Assembly: GCA_963741205.1 (NCBI GenBank)
Contig: CAVUHW010000034.1
Location: forward strand, 1 to 64,000
Direction: 5' to 3'
From: Nitrospirota bacterium
Lineage (GTDB): Bacteria; Nitrospirota; UBA9217
DNA length: 64,000 nt
Both the position numbers and the translations under genes were made by a program. The notes under the pieces are model-generated. The model was not told where the DNA came from, made no database searches, and saw nothing but the letters and a program-made list of their open reading frames with translations. Below, in pieces: positions 48,484 through 60,530 of this stretch (the stretch's first letter is position 1; the number at the start of each line of letters is the position of its first letter).

Positions 48484-49737
48484 ATGATCCAGCCAGAACA
48501 GCCCGAGGCCGAGCGGTCGAAAGAGTCCCGGCGCCCGGCATTTCATTTTAACAAATCGCTTTCGACTATCGCCGCCGTGGCGATCGCCGTTATCGGCGTA
48601 TGGCTCCTTTACCGCCTGTTGCCGGTCTTCCTGGTACTGGTCATGGCGCTTTTCATCGTGAGCACGATGAATCCGGCGGTCAGCTGGTTTAAGGCCTGCG
48701 GCGTGAAAAGAGGAGCGGCCATCGCAATCCTCTTCACGTCCCTCTTGATCGTCATCAGCTTCATTTCCATCCTGACGGTCCCGGTGCTCCTGGCCCAGGC
48801 GACGGACCTGCTCAGGCAGGCCCCCACGTTGCAGGCCCGCCTCGAGGCCTATCTCAGCGGGTCCCCGTTGACGGAGCCGTTCGCGGACGCGCTTCACAAC
48901 ATACGCACCGACGCACTGGTGAAGACGTACGCGGCAAACGCGGTAGCCTATTCGTCCCGTATAGCCGAATTCATCGCCTACAGCGTGAGCGCGGTCTTCC
49001 TCGCCCTGTACTTCCTGATCGACCGGGACCGCCTGCGCGGCGGGCTGTACGCCGTGGTGCCCCGTTCGCAGCATCTGCGCCTTGCCCGCATCCTGATGAA
49101 CCTGGATACGATCGTCGGAAGTTATCTCCGTGGTCAGATGGTCCTTTCCGTGCTCATGACCGCTTTCGTATTGGTGATCCTGACAGTCAACGGGCTGCCG
49201 AATGCACTGGCGATTGCGGTGTTTGCCGGCCTCGCGGACGTCCTGCCGTATCTCGGCGTCTTCCTCTCGACCGGCCCCGTGGTCGTCGCAGCCTCCGCCC
49301 GGGGCCCCGCCGTTTCCTTCGCCGTACTGGCGCTGATGCTCGCATACGAGGAGTTTGAGAGCCGCGTGCTCGTGCCCCGGATCTACGGCCGCGAGCTGCG
49401 TTTACCCTCATCCGTGGTGTTGCTTGCGATCCTTGCGGGAGGAGCGACAATGGGGATCGTAGGGATGATCCTCGCGCTGCCGGTAGCTGCCTCGGTGAGG
49501 ATGCTCATCGATGAACTGCAGGTCGAACTGCCCGGCGAGCCGGAACACATCAGATTTTCGGAGCGAAGAAAGCAGAGGGACGAACACGCCGAACAGGAGT
49601 ACCACCGGCGTGCGGGAGATATGCCTGCCGTGCAGGCCGCGGCCGTAGCCGTAGAGATATCGCGGGAACTGCGCAAGAGAGAAAAGGACGACGTTCTGAA
49701 AGAGATGCAAAAGACGGCCGCTCGTACTGATGAGTAG
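48484..49737 (+). CDS. AI-2E (PerM) family transporter
   Basis: Multiple TM helices; YLRGQ, LPYLG, ESRVLVPRIYG, ILALPVAA. Confidence 0.88.
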   Translation: MIQPEQPEAERSKESRRPAFHFNKSLSTIAAVAIAVIGVWLLYRLLPVFLVLVMALFIVSTMNPAVSWFKACGVKRGAAIAILFTSLLIVISFISILTVPVLLAQATDLLRQAPTLQARLEAYLSGSPLTEPFADALHNIRTDALVKTYAANAVAYSSRIAEFIAYSVSAVFLALYFLIDRDRLRGGLYAVVPRSQHLRLARILMNLDTIVGSYLRGQMVLSVLMTAFVLVILTVNGLPNALAIAVFAGLADVLPYLGVFLSTGPVVVAASARGPAVSFAVLALMLAYEEFESRVLVPRIYGRELRLPSSVVLLAILAGGATMGIVGMILALPVAASVRMLIDELQVELPGEPEHIRFSERRKQRDEHAEQEYHRRAGDMPAVQAAAVAVEISRELRKREKDDVLKEMQKTAARTDE

Positions 49738-49773
49738 ATCGCATGATGCCGCAGTCGCGGCGAGGGGGGCAAC

Positions 49774-50019
49774 GTGAAACAATTTGTCATGGACACGAAC
49801 GTGAACGACGCGACGATCGTGCGCTCGATGATAGAACTGGCGCATAATCTGGGGTTAAAAGTCACGGCAGAGGTCGTCGAAACCGATGGGATCTGGAAGA
49901 TGCTGAAATCGTCGGGGTGCGACCTGGCCCAGGGATACCTGATGGGCAAGCCAATGCCGATCAACGGGCTTGTTCGATGGGCCAGGGAATCACGGTGGGG
50001 CCGGGAGAAGGCGTCATGA
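49774..50019 (+). pseudogene. C-terminal fragment of an EAL domain
   Basis: IVRSMIELAHNLGLKVTAE.VET..GCDLAQGY..KP. Confidence 0.75.
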
Positions 50020-50089
50020 CGTTTTCTCATAAGGCTTAAAAAAATCTTCTCGATTGATGCGTTCGGAAGTGATACTATCGGGTGTTGCC

Positions 50090-51639
50090 ATGTCCCATCG
50101 CTCAAACAGAAAAATGAATCTGTACACGCTGAGTTTTTCCGGCGACATCGAGCAGGCTTTTCTCGACGATTATTACCGGAAGTCCTGAAGCAGGTTCGGA
50201 TTGCCCTGACGCTGGCGCTGATCCTGTATTGCACGGCCGGCTTGAAGGACGGCTGGATAGCGCCCGAGGCGAAATCCAGCCTGGCGTTCATCCGTTATGC
50301 GATCTTTTCTCCCTTTCTCGTCGGGGTCCTTCTATTTTCCTTTTCCGGACAATTCAGAAAATACCATCAACTGTGCCTCAGCCTGGTCCTGCTCCTGGGA
50401 GGGCTGAGCGTGGTTGCCATGAACGTTGTCGCTCCCGACCGGGGAAATTACGTGTTGCCGGCCGGCATCATGCTTTTTCTCATGTCCCCCTCGTTTCTGA
50501 GGCTCCGGTTCGTGCATACCTTCGTCGCTTCCTGGCTCCTGATCGCCGGCTATGAGATTGTCGCGCTTCGTCTGCTCAATATGCCGTCCCCGCTGCTGCT
50601 CACCAATAACGTCTATCTTATTACGGCGAACCTGATCGCGTTATTAACGTCCTATCTTCTTGAACTCTACGCGCGAAAAGACTATCTGCAGCAGGGAGAG
50701 CAGCGAATCGCATCGGCCGTTTTCAACAGCACGACGGACGGAATCATTGTAACCGACGCGGCCGGCGCGATCCAGTCGGTCAACGCCGCCTTCGAGCGGA
50801 TCACCGGTTACAACTCTGTTGAGGTCAAAGGAAAGACCCCGCGGATCCTTCAGTCGGGCTTGCAGGATAAGGACTTCTATGAGGGAATGTGGAAGGTATT
50901 GCTGGAGACGGGAACCTGGAAAGGCAAATTCTGGAACAAGCGAAAAAACGGCGAGCTCTATCCCCAGGAAACGACGATCAACGCGATCAAAAACGACCGC
51001 GGAGAAACCGTGCAGTACAGCGGCATTCTGAGAGACGTCACGGAACAGGAGAAACTTGAAGAGACGCTGCGCATGCTTTCTTCAACCGACGGCCTCACGG
51101 GACTGGCGAACCGCCGCTCATTTGACGAAGCGATAAGGGAGGAGTGGAGGCGCGCGCAAAGGCTCGGTTACCCGATTGCAATTATCATGGCGGACATCGA
51201 TTACTTTAAGAAGTTCAACGATACATACGGCCACGTGGAGGGCGATGAATGCCTGAAAAAGGTCGGCTCTGTGCTTAAAAACGCAGTTCGCCGGGCCGGC
51301 GATCTCGCGGCCCGGTACGGAGGGGAGGAATTCGTCCTCATATTGCCCATGACAGACGCGAAGGAGGTCGCGCAGATAGCTGAGGCCATAAGAAAAAATG
51401 TCGAAGTACTGAAAATACCGCACGAGAGCAGCGATGCCGGCGAGTGCGTCACGCTGAGCATGGGCGCAGTATCCGTAACCCCGCACAGGGACATGTCCGT
51501 AAACGATTTTATCACCCTGGCCGATAAGACCCTTTATGAGGCGAAGAGATCCGGGCGAAACCGCGTGGTGGACCGCTCAGGTCCGGAGTTCAAGGTTCCC
51601 GGTTCTAGGCCGGGAGGTTCAAGGTCGGGAGACGGTTAA
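50090..51639 (+). CDS. membrane-bound PAS + GGDEF diguanylate cyclase (5' frameshift)
   Basis: TM region, PAS/PAC, DGLTGLANRR, FKKFNDTYGH, RAGD I-site, RYGGEEF. Confidence 0.9.
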
Positions 51640-51694
51640 TCAGGTTCAAGGCTGCGTAGCGATTCGCGGTTGAGGAATGGATAAGGACGATGAT

Positions 51695-51730
51695 GAACCG
51701 GGGGCCTTCAAAGGGGCCCGGTTCTTTGTT
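51695..51730. terminator. hairpin between the convergent GGDEF gene and typA
   Basis: GAACCGGG.CC/GG.CCCGGTTC. Confidence 0.55.
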
Positions 51731-51760
51731 CAGGCGATCGTTCGAGACGACGAACGACGG

Positions 51761-53581
<1,821 letters not shown>

Positions 53582-53815
53582 GCGTTGTTCCTAATCCTTA
53601 GTGCGGAAAGACCGCCTCGTTTCCGTGATCACGTTGCGACGTGCCGTCGAGATGAAGCATCGGAGCCCCATACTCTGACCGGTGATTTCATCGCGAACGG
53701 TCAGTATGTGTGCGGAGCTGGGTTTTATACCACTTATCAGCACGCTTTGTCAACGTAATAATACATCTATGATCATACCTTCGTATGCATGCCGCGGGGC
53801 GTTCTTGCGCTTCGC

Positions 53816-53844
53816 TTGACACCCTCAAGAGACGGTGCTACGTT
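53816..53844 (+). promoter_or_regulatory. sigma70-type promoter
   Basis: TTGACA-17 bp-TACGTT with extended TG. Confidence 0.5.
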
Positions 53845-53849
53845 TAAAA

Positions 53850-54040
53850 AGGAGAGAAAAAAGAGTCCCGGAAGGGGTTCGAAAGCGGAAAATACCGCAG
53901 AGGACGCGAAAAGCTTTTACAAAGTAGCGCGGGGTGGATGAAAAATTTGCTGTGGTCCTCCCTAACGCAGCAAATTTACGCAGTCCGCCCCCGCTCTTTC
54001 GTGGAGGCTTTTCGGCAGGCTGGCGGTTAAGGACTGCCTG
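53850..54040 (+). ncRNA. candidate rod-shaped structured RNA (sRNA or 5' leader)
   Basis: Long imperfect hairpin 53907-54014 with G-U pairs on + strand; outer pairs 53894-98/54023-27 and 53864-68/54031-35. Confidence 0.45.
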
Positions 54041-54067
54041 AATTTCATCAAGGGGTAAACAGAAGAC

Positions 54068-54769
54068 TTGACTCATACCACGCCGGCAGTATCAATCATC
54101 ATACCCGTTTTAAATGAGGCAGCACGAATCAACGAAGCCGTCGCGCTTATCCGCGAATCAGACCCCGGCAAGGATGCGGAGATCATCATGGCCGACGGAG
54201 ATCCTGCGGGAAGCACGGTCCACGCCGTATCTGACGGCTCGGTACGAAGGGTCATTTCAGAGAGGGGCCGCGCGATCCAGATGAACCGGGGCGCAGAGGC
54301 CGCCTCCGGCGAGATCCTTCTCTTTCTCCATGCCGACACCTTCCTCCCCCGGAACGCGCTCGCGCTGATACGCGAGGCCGTGAAGGACAGTCGCATCGTC
54401 GCAGGCGCGTTCGATCTCGGATTCGATACGAAACGAAAGATCTTCCGCATAACGGAAAAATACGTTTATCTCCGCACCCGCCTCACGCACGTCCCCTTTG
54501 GAGACCAGGCCATTTTCATCCGTCGGGATTACTTCAAGCAACTCGGAGGGTACCGGGAGATCCCCATCATGGAAGACGTGGACCTGATGAAAAGAATCAG
54601 AAAGAGGGGCGATCGGGTCTCTATCATCCCCGTAAAAGTGTCAACCTCCCCCCGCCGGTACGAGCAGGAAGGGGTGCTCTCTTGTACGTTCAGGAATTGG
54701 CTGCTGCAGGCGCTGTTTGCGATGGGGGTATCTCCTGAACGGCTCGCAAAACGGTATCGAACCCTCTAG
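54068..54769 (+). CDS. TIGR04283-type GT2 glycosyltransferase
   Basis: SIIIPVLNE, GRAIQMNRGA, LFLHADT, PFGDQAIF, PIMED, TSPRR. Confidence 0.88.
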   Translation: MTHTTPAVSIIIPVLNEAARINEAVALIRESDPGKDAEIIMADGDPAGSTVHAVSDGSVRRVISERGRAIQMNRGAEAASGEILLFLHADTFLPRNALALIREAVKDSRIVAGAFDLGFDTKRKIFRITEKYVYLRTRLTHVPFGDQAIFIRRDYFKQLGGYREIPIMEDVDLMKRIRKRGDRVSIIPVKVSTSPRRYEQEGVLSCTFRNWLLQALFAMGVSPERLAKRYRTL

Positions 54770-54813
54770 CGGTATGTTCAAAAAAATCTGAAAATCATGC
54801 AGGGAGGTTAATA

Positions 54814-54975
54814 ATGGCAAAAAGACTCGGAATATATATCTTCCCCGACGCCGAGATCATTGATTGGGCCGGACCGATGGGTGTCTTTGCCGTAGCGCGC
54901 CGCATGGATCCGGAGCTTGATGCGTTCCTGGTCGGCGCGCGGTTACAGCTTGCATCCGGCAAAGTGCTATGGTAA
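54814..54975 (+). pseudogene. 5' fragment of a DJ-1/PfpI family protein
   Basis: MAKRLGIYIFPDAEIIDWAGPMGVF after a GGAGG RBS; stops after 53 codons. Confidence 0.6.
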
Positions 54976-55002
54976 GGTAGTCCGGAGGGGGCCAGACGGG
55001 TT

Positions 55003-55695
55003 ATGAAAAAGATACTGCTCGCGAACGGCCTGAAAGACCTTTTTGCGGAGAAGGGCAGCTTTCTCGATCGCGCGGACATCGCGGTATTTACGGCCGACTC
55101 GAACGAAGAGGCGCTGAAGATCCATACCAAGGAACGCGTCGATCTTATCGTCACGCAGCTCGACCTGCCCGGGGGCAGGATCGAGGAGCTGTTTAACTCC
55201 ATCAGAAGCGATAAGGAACTCCGGAAAGTCTCCACCATCATCATCTGCAAAGACACCCTCGCCCACCGGGAACGAAGCAAGCAATGCCGCGCCAACGCTG
55301 TTTTTACCATACCCGTCGACACCACGCTGCTTACCATCAAGGCGCAGCAGTTTCTCCATGTCTTGCCGAGGAAACTCTACCGTGCGACGCTCGCCGTCGG
55401 CATTCAAGGCAGGTTCAAGAACAGGCCGCTCCCGTTCTGGACGGAAAATATCAGCGCCGGAGGGATGCTCATCAGATCTGAGGAGCCCCTTGCAACAGGC
55501 GACGGAATTTACTTCTCCTTCTTTCTCCCCGACGGAACGCACGTCAGCGGATATGGGGAAATAGCAAGGGTCGTTCCGCCGCCTGACGAAGGTGGTGTCT
55601 TTCACTACGGAATCAAGTTCACGAACGTCGCGCCAGCCGAAACATCAGCAATCGAAGCGCTCATTAAAAAAGCGCTCATAACAGCCTCCGCTTGA
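55003..55695 (+). CDS. receiver-like + PilZ domain protein
   Basis: PRKLYR and NISAGG PilZ motifs; degenerate REC domain. Confidence 0.8.
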   Translation: MKKILLANGLKDLFAEKGSFLDRADIAVFTADSNEEALKIHTKERVDLIVTQLDLPGGRIEELFNSIRSDKELRKVSTIIICKDTLAHRERSKQCRANAVFTIPVDTTLLTIKAQQFLHVLPRKLYRATLAVGIQGRFKNRPLPFWTENISAGGMLIRSEEPLATGDGIYFSFFLPDGTHVSGYGEIARVVPPPDEGGVFHYGIKFTNVAPAETSAIEALIKKALITASA

Positions 55696-55772
55696 ACCGG
55701 GCGTATGCTTTCGCATCAGGAGACGGTAAACCGTGAATTTCCCCCTGCTAGGGGCGAAGCACCAGGAGGGGG

Positions 55773-55880
55773 TCAAGCGGACTGTTTTGGATGTGGATTG
55801 GTGCGTTGTCTGTGCTACGAAACGATATGCAATCTTATAATATAGGACCGATGGCTGCAGCGTATTATTGAGTTGCACTA
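55773..55880 (-). pseudogene. tnpA: tnpA remnant
   Basis: Encodes ..NPHPKQSA* versus ..NPTHPKPSA* in the intact TnpA at 18281. Confidence 0.6.
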
Positions 55881-55907
55881 TCAGGATTCATCACCTATAT
55901 TAGAGAT

Positions 55908-57330
55908 GTGGCGATTTCAAGCGGCATAAAATTCCGTTGCTACCCGACAACGGAGCAGGCTACTACCCTCTGGTGGATAGGTTGCCAACGGTTTATCTAC
56001 AACGCCAAGGTTGCCGAGAGCGTTATTTCCGTACTTTCCGGAATCATTCGCTGTCGCTGACCGGACTACAGACGCCGATTGATCAGCAGTACTCCCAGTT
56101 TAAGGACAAAAACTCACTCCGTTTTTATACGATGTGCCGTCACAGGTGCTAGAAACGGCGCAACCAGGTTCATGGGCTCCTATAAGAGGTACCTGACGGA
56201 CTGTCGGTCGCCCTGCTTATAAAAAGAAGGCGGGCGGAGCTCGTTTACATTACAGCGAGTTGTTCAGGTTCGTTCCTACTGGAGGCTCAAAACAGCGGCA
56301 GGACAAAACAATATATGAGCACCGGCTGATGCTTGGCACGAAGTCTACCGATCTGGGCGAACTTAAGTTCAAGGCTCATGATGAGTACGAGGTTCCGGCG
56401 GCTATCACCATTTCCCGGGAGTCCGGGAAATGGTATGTCTCGTTCTCCTATGAGAAGCAAGGCACAGTTATGAGCGAGCAGGAACTTCTCGAGCTTTACG
56501 GCGGCATGTCTTCAGAGAGTCTCAATACCGTTGCCCTGGGAATGGACCGAGGGGTTGTAATCCCGCTGGCAACAAGCGACGGATTTATGTATGACTTCTC
56601 CGGCATACAAAAGGAGCGTCTGTTAAAAAAGGATGCCCGGAAGAAGAGATATCAGAGGCAAATGGCGAGGCGGATCAAAGGATCCGGTCGCTTTAAGAAT
56701 CAGCAGCGAAATCAGCCCGGTGCCAGGCTTATGCTGCCAACGTGAGGCATGATTTCGCGCATAAGGCCAGCCGCAAGCTCGTGGATTCACCCGCGGAGGT
56801 GTTCGTCTTCGAGGACCTCAAGGTCAAGAACATGACCAGAGCGCCAAAACCTAAGAAGTCAGCCGGCGGGACGTATATTGCGAACGGGGCAAAGGCCAAG
56901 GCCGGTCTCAACAAGTCCATACTGGAATCAGCGTGGGGCAGGGTAAAACTCTTTACCATGTACAAAGCCTCACGGCGCAATAAGCTTAATCGCCATACCG
57001 CCGCACGGCACTCACGGAGTGTTCGAAGTGTTCGCACACTCACCCGGACAATCGCCAGTCACAGGCGGTGTTCGATTGCCAGAGCTGTGGCTTTACGGAA
57101 AACGCCGATACCAATGCGTCTCTCGTTATTAAGAAGCGCGGCTGAAATGCTCGAATCTGGCGAAATCACCGTAAAGCATCGGAAACGCGCCATGCGGCTA
57201 AGGAAGAAGGAAACACTAGGCCGGGAACCGGTCGAAGTCACGCGCGGGGAGAAGCAGATAAGACAGGACTTGGGAACTACCCAGGGACTGCACGCTTCTA
57301 TGATCGTGAAACCCCATGAACATGTAATTG
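55908..57330 (+). CDS. tnpB: TnpB RNA-guided endonuclease (many frameshifts; may be a pseudogene)
   Basis: SSGIKFRCYPT, GMDRG, VFEDL, CSKC/CQSC, NADTNAS. Confidence 0.85.
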
Positions 57331-57383
57331 GTCAGTGGCGGGTAGTTCATCAGCCGGGCTGCGGTCTCGAAGTCGCTGAATAT

Positions 57384-58063
57384 ATGCCGGACACATCGAT
57401 CGTTATCCTTTTCGTAAAACTCCCGGTCGGGGGGCGGGTCAAGACGCGCCTGGCACGGGAACTGGACGAGGAACTCGTCCTCCGCCTGTACGAGAGCATG
57501 GTACTGGACACGATCGACATGCTGAAGAAAGGCGGCTTTCCGTTCCGCATCTGCATCGACCCTCCCGACGAGATCGAAGAGGCAAGGAAGTGGCTGGGGA
57601 GCAGACTACGCCTTCATGCCGCAGACCGGCGGCGATTTGGGAGAGCGTATGGAACAGGCCTTTGCCCGCGTCTTTTCCGAAGGTTTCCGCAAAGCGGTCC
57701 TCATCGGGAGCGACATACCCGGACTCTCTGCCGGGATCGTGCATGAGTCCCTTGCATCGCTGGTGAGGTGCGACGCGGTCATCGGCCCCGCAAACGACGG
57801 CGGTTACTACCTGATAGGGTTCACCAGGAGAGGCCTTTTATCCGGAAATATTCCGTTCCATGCCGTGGAGCACCTCTGCCGTCTTTGGGGAGACCCTGGA
57901 GAGGCTTGCGGCGGCAGCCCGCCTTGTTCATGTGCTGCCGGAATGTATCGACGCCGACACGAAGGAGGACCTGATCATGCTGCTGCGGCAACAGGAAAGC
58001 GGAATTGCTTCCTCACGCGCGTTGTCGCTGCTCATGGGGCATTTGCGCGGCATGGCGGAATAA
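57384..58063 (+). CDS. TIGR04282/DUF2064 family transferase (frameshifted)
   Basis: GRVKTRLA, Q.GGDLGERM, IGSDIP, IGPA.DGGYYLIG, PWST, D.DT.EDL. Confidence 0.88.
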
Positions 58064-58069
58064 ACCACG

Positions 58070-58834
58070 ATGTACACGAAACCCTTCGCGATCATCGCAA
58101 CTCTCCTCGTCATCTTCGCGCTCGAGAGCGTCTTCCCTCACATGAAGGGCAGAAAGCAGAGGGTGAGGCACGGCGTTCCCCACGTCCTGACCGCGTTCAT
58201 GAACGGGTTCCTGACGAAGCTGGTCCTTACCGGCGTAACCCTGTACGTGATCGCGTGGGCTGAAACGCAGCCGGCAGGGATCGTCAACATACTCGATCTC
58301 CCCGGTCCGGTGCGGGCCGCCCTGGTATTCGTTCTGTTTGATATCTGGATGTACCTGTGGCACATGGCGAACCACCGGAGCGCGTTCCTCTGGCGCTTCC
58401 ACCGGGCCCACCACGCGGACACGGAAATGGACTCGACGACAGCTCTTCGCTTCCATCCCGGCGAGCTGGTCATTTCCTCCTTCGTGCGCCTGCCCGTCAT
58501 CATCCTTATCGGGATGAGCTTTTCCGAACTCGTTTTTTTTGAGATCATGCTGAACATCTCTACCTTGTTTCATCACAGCAATATCGGCATTCCGGAGGAG
58601 TGGGACCGGCTGCTCCGCGTCGTGATCGTAACGCCGAACATGCACCGGGTCCACCACTCCGTCGAGCGGTTCGAGACGGACTCGAATTTTACAAGCCTGC
58701 TGTCTCTCTGGGACCGGCTGGCCCGGACTTTCAGGATGCGCGGGGACACTCACACGGTCGTTTTCGGCCTTCCTATGTTCAGGGAAACCTATTACCAGCG
58801 GCTCTGGGGGTTTTTGATCACGCCGTTTGCGTGA
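58070..58834 (+). CDS. sterol desaturase / fatty acid hydroxylase family
   Basis: His boxes WHMANH, HRAHH, FHHSN, HRVHH; RFHPGE. Confidence 0.92.
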   Translation: MYTKPFAIIATLLVIFALESVFPHMKGRKQRVRHGVPHVLTAFMNGFLTKLVLTGVTLYVIAWAETQPAGIVNILDLPGPVRAALVFVLFDIWMYLWHMANHRSAFLWRFHRAHHADTEMDSTTALRFHPGELVISSFVRLPVIILIGMSFSELVFFEIMLNISTLFHHSNIGIPEEWDRLLRVVIVTPNMHRVHHSVERFETDSNFTSLLSLWDRLARTFRMRGDTHTVVFGLPMFRETYYQRLWGFLITPFA

Positions 58835-58865
58835 GAGGGAAGGCACTGCTACTGTGAATTTTTTT

Positions 58866-58983
58866 GTCATTCCCGCCCCGACGGAGTCGGGATAAACTCC
58901 AGCGGGCTTGCCCCGATTTCATCGGGGAATCCCTTTTGAATTTATTTGATAAAAGCCAATGGATACGCTTTCGCAGGTATGAC
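58866..58983. repeat. composite REP-like GTCATTCCCG..ATGAC element
   Basis: Same family as 17216 with extra internal palindromes. Confidence 0.6.
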
Positions 58984-59007
58984 AGAGACAGGGAGTGCAA
59001 GGTGACC

Positions 59008-59703
59008 ATGTCCGGACGGAAACAACAGCTGCTCCTGCTCGTTGCTTTTATTCTCGCGGTTGTTCTTGTTCGCTTTTCTCCGCTCGGCTCGATCATCACC
59101 TTTGAAAACCTGAAACAGAACCGGGAAGCGCTCGTAGCCTTCGTGGGCGCTCATTATTTTGTTTCCGCGGCGTCCTTCATCGCCGTGTACGTCATTGCAA
59201 CCGCCCTGTCCATTCCAGGCGCGGTCGTCCTGTCGCTTGCCGGCGGGTTCCTTTTTGGGACTGCGGCCGGCGTTCTCTATATCAACATAGGCGCGACAAC
59301 GGGGGCGGCGTGCGCGTTCCTGTCGGCGCGGTACCTGCTGGGGAACCGGTTGCAGCAGAAGTATGGGGGACAACTCTCGAAATTCAACAGCGAGATGGAC
59401 CGGAACGGCGCGAGCTATTTGCTCACGCTGCGCCTCATCCCGGTCTTCCCCTTTTTCCTGATCAATTTTCTGGCCGGCGTTACGAAGGTCCCGCTCAAGA
59501 CCTTTCTTTGGACAACCGCGCTCGGGATCGTCCCCGGCACCGTTGTTTATGCCTTTGCCGGACGGCAGATCGGGTCCATCGATTCGCCGGGGGAGATCTT
59601 TTCTAAGAAGGTGATCGCCGCCTTTGTTGTGCTCGGGCTTTTCACGCTCGTTCCGGCCATCTGGAAACGCATCCGAAAGCCGCAGGCAACGTCTGAAAAA
59701 TAA
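59008..59703 (+). CDS. TVP38/TMEM64 (DedA-like) membrane protein
   Basis: SIPGA..LAGGFLFG, LRLIPVFPFFLIN, GIVPGT. Confidence 0.92.
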   Translation: MSGRKQQLLLLVAFILAVVLVRFSPLGSIITFENLKQNREALVAFVGAHYFVSAASFIAVYVIATALSIPGAVVLSLAGGFLFGTAAGVLYINIGATTGAACAFLSARYLLGNRLQQKYGGQLSKFNSEMDRNGASYLLTLRLIPVFPFFLINFLAGVTKVPLKTFLWTTALGIVPGTVVYAFAGRQIGSIDSPGEIFSKKVIAAFVVLGLFTLVPAIWKRIRKPQATSEK

Positions 59704-59728
59704 TCAGCGCAAGGAAGGAGTAAGGTTT

Positions 59729-60364
59729 ATGGACAAAAAGAAACAGGTAGCGGAAATCCTGAAAAGGCTCAAAAAAGAGTATGCGGGGACTCCGCAGACG
59801 GCACTCCACTATACAACCCCCTTCGAGCTCCTCGCGGCAACCATCCTGTCGGCGCAGACCACTGATGTGCAGGTGAACAGGGTGACCGAGTCGCTGTTCG
59901 CCAAGTACCGGACCATCGAGGCTTTCGCGTCGGCCGCGCCGGAGAAACTGGCCAAGGACGCGGCATCGGTCAATTTTTACCGGAACAAGGCAAAGCACAT
60001 CAACAGGACGGCGCAGATGATCATGGAAAAATTCGGCGGCAAGGTCCCGCAAACCATGGAGGACCTCGTCACCCTGCCCGGCGTAGCCCGGAAGACGGCA
60101 AACATCGTGTTATCGTCCGCCTTCGGAATCAACGAGGGAATTGCCGTGGACACCCATGTCAAGCGGCTCTCTTTCCGGCTGGGGCTTACGAAACAGGAAG
60201 ACCCGGTCAAAATCGAGGTTGAACTGATGGCGCTTGCGCCGCAGAAAGAATGGGGGAACCTGTCGCACCTGCTGATCTTCCACGGAAGGAAGATCTGCCA
60301 GGCCAGAAAGCCGAATCATGCCGCGTGCGTCCTGTTCGACCTCTGTCCGTCGAGGGACATCTGA
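59729..60364 (+). CDS. nth: endonuclease III
   Basis: LSAQTTD, LPGVARKTAN (HhH), VDTHV, C..RKP..C...C cluster; one Fe-S Cys appears as His. Confidence 0.95.
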   Translation: MDKKKQVAEILKRLKKEYAGTPQTALHYTTPFELLAATILSAQTTDVQVNRVTESLFAKYRTIEAFASAAPEKLAKDAASVNFYRNKAKHINRTAQMIMEKFGGKVPQTMEDLVTLPGVARKTANIVLSSAFGINEGIAVDTHVKRLSFRLGLTKQEDPVKIEVELMALAPQKEWGNLSHLLIFHGRKICQARKPNHAACVLFDLCPSRDI

Positions 60365-60530
60365 GACGGCATTCCGAGAGAGGTCGCCGGGGCGACGCAT
60401 ATTCTGTTGTTTTCCGGGTTACGGCATCCGCATGATAAAATCTCCCGCGTTGTATCAGGCTTTGATATTCATATTCTTGTCCGTCCCCTCCCTCGCTGAT
60501 CGATTGCTTTTAAAGAGAGGAACAACAGGT

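Larger units (their letters stand above)
55724..57350 (+). mobile_element. IS200/IS605-family element, tnpB only (tnpA deleted to a remnant)
   Basis: LE hairpin 55741-55772 and RE (GAAA..TCAT) homologous to copy 1; left boundary approximate. Confidence 0.8.

Noticed and set aside
53890-54030. Lysine riboswitch (AGAGG..GCG..AGUA start)
   Set aside because: Downstream conserved elements (GAAAGG, GCCGAA, CUGUC) are absent, the fold is a single rod, and no lysine gene follows
56742-57746. Apparent TnpB-DUF2064 fusion ORF
   Set aside because: Read-through caused by indels; the IS right end at 57350 separates the two genes
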